Source of the DNA: Poseidonia sp.
Lineage (GTDB): Archaea; Thermoplasmatota; Poseidoniia; Poseidoniales; Poseidoniaceae
Direction of reading: 5' to 3'
DNA length: 64,000 nt
NCBI GenBank assembly: GCA_038148515.1
Contig: JAYQVP010000002.1
Coordinates: forward strand, 166,537 to 230,536
The notes beneath the pieces are model-generated. The model did not search any database. It was not told the origin of the DNA and saw only the letters and a program-made list of their open reading frames with translations. Numbering within the stretch: the first letter of the stretch is position 1; every line of letters starts with the position of its first letter. A program made the translations under genes and the position numbers. This document shows, one piece after another, positions 46,848 to 54,896 of this stretch.

Positions 46848-47684
46848 ATGGCCATCCTCATGGCGAAATTCAAAACCGACCTTGCCCTAAGCCGCGCCGC
46901 TGATGAAATGCGTACCCCCGAGGTGACCCTCGACTTCACCCCCAACGCCCTGGCGTCCGTCCTCTACAAGCAGGGAAACACCGTGGTGTTGGCTTGCTGC
47001 ACCAAAGAATCATCCCTACCTCGCTGGTTTCCCCGTGACGCTACCAAAGGTTGGGTCCACGCCGAGTATTCGTTACTCCCGGGGTCCACCGATAGCCGAT
47101 TTCGCCGAGAGCGCAACGGAGCGAAGGGGCGAACGCAAGAAATTGAACGCCTCATCGCACGTTCCTTGAGAGCCGCTGTCGACCTTGAGGCCCTTGGACC
47201 GGTGGCGCTGAACGTTGATTGCGATGTCTTGAACGCCGATGGGGGCACTCGTTGCGCCTCCATCACAGCCGCCAACATCGCCCTTCGATTGGCGATTCGC
47301 CGATTGATCGCTAGAGGCGAATGTCTCCCGGTGGACCTTCGGCCCACCTTTGAACAACGAAAGGAGGGCTGGGTTGCACCCACCCTATCGGACATTGAAC
47401 GGGAACATCACGAGAACGCCGTACTTCCGCACGACCTCGCCGCCGTCTCGGTCGGGTTGATCGACGGGCAGGTCTACCTCGATCTGGATTACATCTTGGA
47501 TTCCAACGCCGATGTCGACATGAACGTGATTAAAACAAGTGACGGGCGCTATGTAGAGGTGCAGGGAACGGGGGAGGAAGCCACCTTCTCCGCCGAGGAA
47601 CTCACGCAGTTGCTGGCTGGAGCAGACACCGGTCTTGATGCACTCTTTGCCTTCCAGACCGCCACCTTGAACGGTGCTCAATGA
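46848..47684 (+). CDS. rph: ribonuclease PH
   Basis: 'RFRRERNGAKGRTQEIERLIARSLRAAVDLEALG...DCDVLNADGGTRCASITAA' is a near-canonical RNase PH sequence. Start at 46848 or 46860. Confidence 0.8.
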   Translation: MAILMAKFKTDLALSRAADEMRTPEVTLDFTPNALASVLYKQGNTVVLACCTKESSLPRWFPRDATKGWVHAEYSLLPGSTDSRFRRERNGAKGRTQEIERLIARSLRAAVDLEALGPVALNVDCDVLNADGGTRCASITAANIALRLAIRRLIARGECLPVDLRPTFEQRKEGWVAPTLSDIEREHHENAVLPHDLAAVSVGLIDGQVYLDLDYILDSNADVDMNVIKTSDGRYVEVQGTGEEATFSAEELTQLLAGADTGLDALFAFQTATLNGAQ

Positions 47685-47736
47685 GTGAAGAAGGCACTCG
47701 CTTGGCTGGCTCTGTGCCGTTGATGCCATCGGAAGG

Positions 47737-47746
47737 CTTGATATGG
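47737..47746 (+). promoter_or_regulatory. TATA-like element (cttgatatgg) about 29 nt upstream of tRNA-Phe
   Basis: The spacing to the tRNA 5' end fits an archaeal tRNA promoter. Confidence 0.35.
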
Positions 47747-47770
47747 CGAGGGCACTCGCCAGCCTTGCAC

Positions 47771-47846
47771 GGGTCAGTAGCTTAGTTGGGAGAGCGCGGC
47801 ACTGAAGATGCCGAGGTCGCTGGTTCAAGTCCGGCCTGACCCACCA
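47771..47846 (+). tRNA. tRNA-Phe (anticodon GAA), 3' CCA encoded
   Basis: Acceptor GGGTCAG/CTGACCC, D-arm GCTT-AGTTGGGA-GAGC, anticodon stem CGGCA/TGCCG with loop CTGAAGA, T-arm GCTGG-TTCAAGT-CCGGC, discriminator A plus CCA. 73 nt without the CCA. Confidence 0.85.
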
Positions 47847-47918
47847 ACCGTCACCAAGGATGGTTTTGGATGGCCGTCGATTATTTCTATAGAACATGAA
47901 ACAGGTTTCAAAACCCCC

Positions 47919-50087
47919 ATGGAAGCGAGGAAAAGGTTTCTTGAGGTGTTCGGGGCATGGCGAAGCATGGCCAAGGAGGACAAGGTTGATTCCGAGGCCA
48001 AAGAAGCCAACGAAGAGCATCATCGCTCCTCGGATCGTATCGGAAAGGAACTGCAAGAGATTCGCCAACGCCGAATGGGTGGCGGGCGCATGTTTCTTTC
48101 CAAAATCGAAGATTTCGTCTTACTGGGCGGCATCGTGTACGGCATCCTGTTCGCCTTGCTTCTCTTCTCCATGTCATCGGGGATGTTAGGCAATTCCACC
48201 ACCCTCGACCACACGGCATCGACCACGTTCCTTGACATCGGCGACGAGTGCGAACAAATCACCGAAGAGCCATGGCTCCATATCTTCCCCAATCCCGACG
48301 AGGAGTTGTTCTCCATCGCAGGTCACAACCTCCCAAACGGCGTGGCTTTCTTGAATTACAGTTACTTCTTGGTCCTCAACGACGAGACCATTGCGGTGGT
48401 TGATGAGCCGTACGGAAGCAACGAAACCACTCGAATCATCGACCAAGTGACCGAGGGGACCGGTCGAGCCTATTTCCGCGCCCCCTATTCCGAACTTCCC
48501 GAGGGGACCTACAAACTCCAATTCACCGTCGATGTGTATGTGGAACGCAACCGTTCATCCAACCAAACACTCGGCGGGCTTGAGCAACATCTGACCTTTG
48601 AGCACACGATTTCCAAAGAAACGCTTGCCTTCCTGCCCTTTGTCGACGATAGCGAACACTCGGAGGTTCGCATCGAAGACGCCGGACCCCGTTCGTGTTG
48701 GTCCGTTCAGGATTTGGGTGATTGGGGCTACCTTCTGATGGGGGCCGAATTGGGTGGTGGGCGTGAAACAGCAATGCTCACCGGAGGCGCCGCCGGCATT
48801 CCCGCCTGGTGGATGGCGTTCATCTCCCTCTCGTTGTCCATCATCTCACTGCTCATCATCTATCCAGTGATGTACAAGGTGTACCACCAAGATACTGACG
48901 ACATCCTCTCACGCAACCACATCACTCGCGTCGTTGAAGACACGGTTCTCTCCATTAGCAACCAATTGGGCATTGAGGTTGACACGGACTTGTTCAAAAC
49001 CGAGGTGAGAGAACTCTCCATTGACATCATGGTAGCGTACAAAAACACAGAAAACACCCTGTCCGATTCCAAGGAAGTGCGTTCAGAACTCCTGCGGAGC
49101 CTGCTGGAGGAGTTTGCTCTCTTTCGTGTGTTCAAACCCGTCCAGCTGAACGTGCGAATAATCGGAAGCGGGCAGAGCATCGATTTTGATTCTGGAGTTG
49201 GTATCGGGACCCGTGCCGAATCTGAAGACGAAGCCAATCAACGCCAAGACTACTCCAGTTTCTTCTCTGAACTCCACTCTCTTTCCCGAATCGAGGACGA
49301 CGTTCGGGACAGTCTGGACTTGTTCTTCTCTCGCCGCCTCGACCTTGAGATGAAGGGAGCCGTTGTTACCAGCGACGACCGTGTAGTGTTTGTTTCAGTG
49401 ATTTACCGTCCAACCCAACGACTGGCGTTTTTCCGATTCCGAAAAACTTCGACCCAAATTAAGGACGAACTCTTCCGATACATTCACGAGCGAAACGAAG
49501 ATTTGCTCGGCTCGCAGGAACTCATCGTCAAAACCCGAAACGAAGTGTCCACCCTCGCCGACCGAGCAGGAGCGGGACGGGTGGAGCGCCAATCCATGAC
49601 CGACGACGAGCGTATCGTGGCCATCGCCAAACAGGACGGTTTGGGGGGTCGAATGCTGCAGACAAAATTCCTCGGCGACACCCTCTCGACCGTGGAATAC
49701 ATGGCCAATGAAAAGCGTGACATGATCAACAAGTGGGGCTTCTGGGGACTCATCTTTTTCGTATGGATTCCGTTCATGGCTTCCGGTGTATTGGTTGGAG
49801 CTATGTTGGGTCTGCTCTCTCGCATGCAATTCATGCGCGTCCTTTTGGCGACCCTCATCGGGGGGTCAATAGCCTCAATCACCTGGGCGTACACCGCTGA
49901 AGGGATTGTGAAGTTCATGCACCAATACAAACTCGAAGTCTTCATTCCCATGATCATCGTTGTCTTCATCTTGATGGCGGTGCTTCACATTCGTTCGACC
50001 AAAATGCGTCGCCAAACGGAACTGTTTGAAGACACACTGCTCGACAATTTCCATGCCGATATCGTTGCAAAATACGGCGACCAGTAG
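47919..50087 (+). CDS. hypothetical multi-pass membrane protein with large extracytoplasmic and cytoplasmic domains
   Basis: 722 aa from ATG 47919; the ORF-track start at 47808 lies inside the tRNA. TM helices fall near residues 60-85 and about 350, plus three C-terminal helices. No motif recognised. Confidence 0.6.
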   Translation: MEARKRFLEVFGAWRSMAKEDKVDSEAKEANEEHHRSSDRIGKELQEIRQRRMGGGRMFLSKIEDFVLLGGIVYGILFALLLFSMSSGMLGNSTTLDHTASTTFLDIGDECEQITEEPWLHIFPNPDEELFSIAGHNLPNGVAFLNYSYFLVLNDETIAVVDEPYGSNETTRIIDQVTEGTGRAYFRAPYSELPEGTYKLQFTVDVYVERNRSSNQTLGGLEQHLTFEHTISKETLAFLPFVDDSEHSEVRIEDAGPRSCWSVQDLGDWGYLLMGAELGGGRETAMLTGGAAGIPAWWMAFISLSLSIISLLIIYPVMYKVYHQDTDDILSRNHITRVVEDTVLSISNQLGIEVDTDLFKTEVRELSIDIMVAYKNTENTLSDSKEVRSELLRSLLEEFALFRVFKPVQLNVRIIGSGQSIDFDSGVGIGTRAESEDEANQRQDYSSFFSELHSLSRIEDDVRDSLDLFFSRRLDLEMKGAVVTSDDRVVFVSVIYRPTQRLAFFRFRKTSTQIKDELFRYIHERNEDLLGSQELIVKTRNEVSTLADRAGAGRVERQSMTDDERIVAIAKQDGLGGRMLQTKFLGDTLSTVEYMANEKRDMINKWGFWGLIFFVWIPFMASGVLVGAMLGLLSRMQFMRVLLATLIGGSIASITWAYTAEGIVKFMHQYKLEVFIPMIIVVFILMAVLHIRSTKMRRQTELFEDTLLDNFHADIVAKYGDQ

Positions 50088-50095
50088 GTGGTGAT

Positions 50096-50683
50096 TTGGA
50101 GATCATCGGCGAACACCCGGGTGATAAGGGGCATCACGGTGACCCTGTTCATCTCGGCATCGTTACCGTCAGCGACCGTGCCAGTCGGGGGGAATACGAA
50201 GATGAGGGCGGGCCAGCGATCTTGGGCTTCTTTCACGAGGCTATCCGCAGCCCTTGGAAAGCGAGCTACTTGTGCGTCCCCGACGAGCAGGCTGCGGTGG
50301 AAGCGGCCTTGATTCGACTTGTTGATGAGGCGGGCTGCCACGTGGTGGTCACCACCGGCGGTACTGGCCCTGCACCACGCGACATCACGCCTGAAGCGAC
50401 GGAGCGGGTCTGCGACCGATTGATGCCTGGTTTTGGTGAACAGATGCGAGCCATCTCCCTGGCCTTTGTACCCACCGCCATTCTTTCTCGACAGGTCGGT
50501 GGTCTGCGGGGTGCAAGTCTTCTGTTCAACCTCCCGGGTCGACCAAAAGCGATTCGAGAAACCATCGACGAGGTGTGGAAAGCGGTCCCATACTGTGTGG
50601 ACCTGATGAACGGCCCTTACATGGACATGAACGAAGATGTGTGTCCAGCCTTTCGACCCGCCTCTGCCCGACGCCCCCAATGA
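50096..50683 (+). CDS. mogA: molybdenum cofactor biosynthesis protein MogA/MoaB
   Basis: 'LGIVTVSDRAS' and 'VVVTTGGTGPAPRDITPEAT' are MoaB/MogA signatures. Confidence 0.8.
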   Translation: MEIIGEHPGDKGHHGDPVHLGIVTVSDRASRGEYEDEGGPAILGFFHEAIRSPWKASYLCVPDEQAAVEAALIRLVDEAGCHVVVTTGGTGPAPRDITPEATERVCDRLMPGFGEQMRAISLAFVPTAILSRQVGGLRGASLLFNLPGRPKAIRETIDEVWKAVPYCVDLMNGPYMDMNEDVCPAFRPASARRPQ

Positions 50684-50734
50684 TGACCTGCATCATGTTG
50701 ATGAGCCGACCATCCCACCCAACCCTGAGGAACG

Positions 50735-52144
50735 ATGCTGGGACACGTCTTGATTCACGGGGCGACCATGGTCACGCCCGATGCCACTGGTGTGGGCGAC
50801 CTTCGCATTCGCGCCGGAATCATCGACACCATCAGCCTCGGCAAGGCGCTCACGCCGTTGGATGACGAGCTCTACATCGATGGCCGTGGCCTTCATTTAT
50901 TGCCGGGAATGATCGACCCCCAATGCCATTTCCGGGACCCCGGACAACCGGAAAAAGAGGACCTTGGTTCAGGATCGGCTGCAGCGGTGAGCGGGGGTGT
51001 GACATCCTTTCTCGATATGCCGAACAACAAGCCCTCGATCACAACGATGGATGGGATGCGCAGCAAATTGGACACGGCGAAAGCCAAGTGTGTCAACAAC
51101 TACGGGTTCTTCATTGGAGCGACCCCTGACAATGTCGCCGACCTGCAAGAGGCCGTTGGTACTCGCGACCGACCCATCGCCATCCCAGGCGTTTGCGGCA
51201 TCAAAGTGTTCATGGGTTCGTCAACAGGAACTCTGCTGGTCAACGAACGTACCGCCCTTGAAGCAATTTTTGAGGGGACGGCCGGGCTGATCGCCGTTCA
51301 TGCCGAAGACGAGGGACGATTGATTGAGCGCTTTGAGTTGGTCAAAGAACGGTCCGACATGGCCGCCCACGCCGAATGGCGAGACGATGTCACGGCCTTG
51401 TTGGCAACACAATTGGCGGTCGAGTTGGCGCAGGCCTCCGGTCACCGTTTACACGTCCTTCACCTCACCAGTGGCATTGAGGCGGACTGGTTGGAGGGGA
51501 TCACATCGCTGCCTTCTCAGGCCTCGGACGGAGACGCCATCATCACGACCGAAACGCTCCCACAGCACCTCACGTTTGATGAAACAGACGTGTTGAACGA
51601 GGGGACGCGCCTGAAGATGAACCCCCCCATTCGTTACGCAGAGGACCGAACGAGGTTGTGGGACCAACTCCGCAAGGGCACGATTCAGTGCATCGCTACC
51701 GACCACGCCCCCCACACACTGGAAGCGAAGGCGTTGGGCTTTCCAGAAGCCCCCAGCGGCATGCCGGGCGTTGAAACTTCGTTGGCAGTGATGCTCACCC
51801 ATGCAAGCGAGGGAGCGTGCAGCATCGAGGACGTCGTTAAATGGATGTCAACCAACGTCGCAGACTGTTACAACATGATGGGCAAGGGGCGCCTTGAAGA
51901 GGGAGCGGACGGCGATGTTGTCCTCGTCGACATGAACACTCCTCGCACGGTGGATGACCAGCACACCTGGACTCGAGTCGGTTGGAGTCCGTTCCACGGG
52001 CGAAAGTTGGTCGGCTGGGCATCGGTCACGGTTGTTGGTGGCGTACCGGTCTTCGAACGCACCGAAGCAACCGGCCCAAAGGGCAGACTGTTGGTTGAAC
52101 CGGGGCAAGTCGGGTCGCCGATTGTCATGGGTCCTTGGGACTAA
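50735..52144 (+). CDS. pyrC: dihydroorotase-like cyclic amidohydrolase with non-canonical first metal ligand
   Basis: 'IDPQCHFRDPGQPEKEDLGSGSAAAVSGGVTSFLDMPNNKP' reads like the type I DHOase 'DxHxHLRxPG' region but with Gln in place of the first His. The downstream 'KVFMGSS', 'VHAED', 'HVLHLTS' and 'ATDHAPH' ligands are conserved. Confidence 0.75.
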   Translation: MLGHVLIHGATMVTPDATGVGDLRIRAGIIDTISLGKALTPLDDELYIDGRGLHLLPGMIDPQCHFRDPGQPEKEDLGSGSAAAVSGGVTSFLDMPNNKPSITTMDGMRSKLDTAKAKCVNNYGFFIGATPDNVADLQEAVGTRDRPIAIPGVCGIKVFMGSSTGTLLVNERTALEAIFEGTAGLIAVHAEDEGRLIERFELVKERSDMAAHAEWRDDVTALLATQLAVELAQASGHRLHVLHLTSGIEADWLEGITSLPSQASDGDAIITTETLPQHLTFDETDVLNEGTRLKMNPPIRYAEDRTRLWDQLRKGTIQCIATDHAPHTLEAKALGFPEAPSGMPGVETSLAVMLTHASEGACSIEDVVKWMSTNVADCYNMMGKGRLEEGADGDVVLVDMNTPRTVDDQHTWTRVGWSPFHGRKLVGWASVTVVGGVPVFERTEATGPKGRLLVEPGQVGSPIVMGPWD

Positions 52145-53637
52145 GCAAGCCCGTACAACGCTCCGTATTTTTCTTCGACGTAACGTAGGAAGGCGTCAGG
52201 GCTTGGTGGAGCGCCCGTCGCTGCTTCGATCAGGGCAGCGGGCGTCACTTGGCTGCCGCGTTCATGAATGCGAGGGCGCAACCAGGCCAGCAACGGAGAC
52301 CAATCCCCCGACGCAACCAGGGTGTCAATGTCGCCCAAATCGTTGCTCATCGCCTCCAACAACTGAGCAGCGTAGAGGTTGCCCAATGTGTAGGTGGGAA
52401 AGTATCCAAACGCTCCCATGGACCAGTGAATGTCCTGCAAGCACCCCAGTCGGTCTTCGGGAACTTCAAGTCCAAACCAATCCCTAAACATGGTGTTCCA
52501 AGTTGAAGGGAGGTCGTCTACTGATAGGTCGCCGTTGAACAACTGCTTTTCTATTTCATAACGCAGCATCACATGTAGGTTGTAGGTTACTTCATCTGCT
52601 TCGACACGAATAAAGCCTTTTTCGACCCGATTTGCGATCCGATTCAGTTCATGCTCGTCCCACGAGGGGGCATCGGGGAAGGCTTCTCTAAACCACGGTA
52701 GAGCGACCTTCCAAAAGGCCGATGTTCGCCCAATCTGGTTTTCCCAGAAGCGACTTTGCGACTCGTGAACCCCCAACGAGACTGCATCGCCCCGAGGCGT
52801 GTAACGGTGGTTGGCATCCAAACCTTGCTCGTACAAGGCATGGCCAGTCTCGTGCATCACGGCGTACAAACAGGAGAACGGGTCGGTTTCATCAAACCGC
52901 GTGGTGAACCGAGTGTCGCCCGGCCATAAACCAGCGGAAAACGGGTGCGTCGATGCATCCATTCGTCCTGATTCAAAATCAAATCCCATCGCACTGGACA
53001 CCTTCGAGCAGAAGGCTTCCTGCTTCTCAATCGGAAAGCGAAGAGAATCCGGGAAATGCACGCTGGTCATGGTGTTTTGTGCCTCAGTTATCGCCTTCAG
53101 GAGAGGCACAAGGCGCCCTCTTAATCCATCAAACAGCGGGTCGTAATCGGCAACGGTCATCCCCACCTCATATTCGTCGAGAAGAACGTCGTAAGGCGTT
53201 GTAGTGACACCGAGTAGGTCTATTTTTTCCCGTGTAAGAGCAATCAACTGCTCTAATGCCGGCTTGAACAACGCAAAATCAGACTGCTGTCGGGCTTTTT
53301 GCCAGGCGACGAGCGCTGTTGAACGGGCTTGTGCAAAGGATTCCACAAATTCCTTTGGAAGTCGAACGGCCTGGTCGTGCGCGCGCCGCATCTCTCGCAC
53401 ATTCGCTTCTTCGTCGGCTGACAAGGAGATGGTTTCCAACTGATTGAGCAACTCGCCCATTCGCTGGTCGGTGAGTTGTTGATGACGTTGTCCCGCCAGC
53501 CAAGCCATCATTTCTCCGCGTGCTTCGGCCCCCTTTGGTGGCATCAGCACCTCCTGGTCCCAACCCAAATGACCTTGAAGGGCACTCAAGCGATGGATGT
53601 CCTTGACACGTTGGATGAATTCGTCATACAGTTCCAT
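52141..53637 (-). CDS. carboxypeptidase Taq (M32) family metallopeptidase
   Basis: 'HETGHALY' (HEXXH) and 'HESQSRFWEN' are M32 signatures. Start at internal 'MELYDEF' (53637). Confidence 0.85.
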   Translation of the reverse strand: MELYDEFIQRVKDIHRLSALQGHLGWDQEVLMPPKGAEARGEMMAWLAGQRHQQLTDQRMGELLNQLETISLSADEEANVREMRRAHDQAVRLPKEFVESFAQARSTALVAWQKARQQSDFALFKPALEQLIALTREKIDLLGVTTTPYDVLLDEYEVGMTVADYDPLFDGLRGRLVPLLKAITEAQNTMTSVHFPDSLRFPIEKQEAFCSKVSSAMGFDFESGRMDASTHPFSAGLWPGDTRFTTRFDETDPFSCLYAVMHETGHALYEQGLDANHRYTPRGDAVSLGVHESQSRFWENQIGRTSAFWKVALPWFREAFPDAPSWDEHELNRIANRVEKGFIRVEADEVTYNLHVMLRYEIEKQLFNGDLSVDDLPSTWNTMFRDWFGLEVPEDRLGCLQDIHWSMGAFGYFPTYTLGNLYAAQLLEAMSNDLGDIDTLVASGDWSPLLAWLRPRIHERGSQVTPAALIEAATGAPPSPDAFLRYVEEKYGALYGLA

Positions 53638-53754
53638 GACGCGTTCAACCCTCGGTGCTTCTTCAAGACTGCCCTTCAAACACAAGGATGGAAGCAAGCC
53701 TTCCTTGACCCCGTGAATGCACACATTCAAGAAGCCGTAAAGTTAGCCGATGAC

Positions 53755-54894
53755 ATGGACCTCCCCGCTCACCCAGAAGGGGACACGGGTGAGAAGATCA
53801 CGGACATCGATGCCGACATGGAAGATATCCTCAATGCTTCAGAAAAACGCTCAGGGGAGGTCGTCCTCCCTTTGCAAAGCGCTTCACACGACGAGAGCGA
53901 GGATTTGGACCATGGCGCTCGGATGACCAGAAGCGCCCTCACGGTGGTCGACACCTGTATGGATGTCCGCCGAGGTGAAAACGTCCTCATCATTTGCGAT
54001 CCCACAACCACAGAGATCGGTCAAGCCCTCCATGAAGCCGCGAGCAAGCGTTCCGATCGTGTCCTACTCATCGTCATGCCAAAAGGCCGACACCACGGTG
54101 AGGAACCGCCAACACCGGTAGCCAACCTCATGCGTCAGCAACGTGTGGTTGTTGCTCCCACCAAGTATTCCCTGACCCACACCAAGGCCGTTCGGCAAGC
54201 GGTGAACGATGGGGCTCGGGTGGCGACGATGCCAGGCATGACCACCCGGATGTTCACCGAGGGCGGGATGTCGGCCAACTTCAACATCATCAAGAAGAAC
54301 ATCGGTGAAATGAGTGGGTTGTTGCGACGAAAGCGAATCGTGAACGTCAAATCCGAATCCGGAACCAATGTCACCTTTGAGGTGAATTGGCGGGAGTGGA
54401 AGTACGACGACAACGGCATCTGCAACCGCCCAAAAATGGTGATGAACCTGCCCGCTGGCAAAATCTTCACTCTCCCACGAGAGGGAACGATGAACGGAAC
54501 CATCGTGATCGATGGTTCATGGGATTCGGCCTTGGTGGATGAGCCCGTCATCCTTCAAATTGAAAACGGCATGGTGGTGGACGTCAAAGGCGGTGTTGCC
54601 GCTGCCCAAATCCGTCAAACCTACGGCGAGGCTGCACGGCGGTTGAAGGCGAAGGACCAGGAAAATGTCTGGACCGTAGCTGAATTCGGTTTTGGTATGA
54701 ATCCATCCGCCCGCCTGATTGGAAACGTGTTGGAGGATGAAAAACGCCTTGGTACAGCCTACTTTTCCATCGGCGACAACACCATGCTGGGCGGGCATGC
54801 AGCCGTTGGCATTCAGGTCTCAGGAGTCTTGGCCTCGCCCAGCGTGTGGATTGACGAATTCCTGCTGATCGAGGACGGGTTGTTCGTACCTTGA
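53755..54894 (+). CDS. aminopeptidase (M29 / AmpS-PepS-like) - tentative
   Basis: Length and overall pattern ('ENVLIICD', 'EFGFGMN', 'DGTIVIDGSWD') resemble the thermophilic-metalloprotease M29 family. Start at ATG 53755 to avoid overlap with the divergent M32 gene. Confidence 0.55.
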   Translation: MDLPAHPEGDTGEKITDIDADMEDILNASEKRSGEVVLPLQSASHDESEDLDHGARMTRSALTVVDTCMDVRRGENVLIICDPTTTEIGQALHEAASKRSDRVLLIVMPKGRHHGEEPPTPVANLMRQQRVVVAPTKYSLTHTKAVRQAVNDGARVATMPGMTTRMFTEGGMSANFNIIKKNIGEMSGLLRRKRIVNVKSESGTNVTFEVNWREWKYDDNGICNRPKMVMNLPAGKIFTLPREGTMNGTIVIDGSWDSALVDEPVILQIENGMVVDVKGGVAAAQIRQTYGEAARRLKAKDQENVWTVAEFGFGMNPSARLIGNVLEDEKRLGTAYFSIGDNTMLGGHAAVGIQVSGVLASPSVWIDEFLLIEDGLFVP

Positions 54895-54896
54895 TT

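Noticed and set aside
47385-48068. 227-aa minus-strand ORF
   Set aside because: It runs straight through tRNA-Phe (47771-47846) on the opposite strand. The protein is low-complexity, and the region is better explained by the tRNA plus the plus-strand membrane protein.
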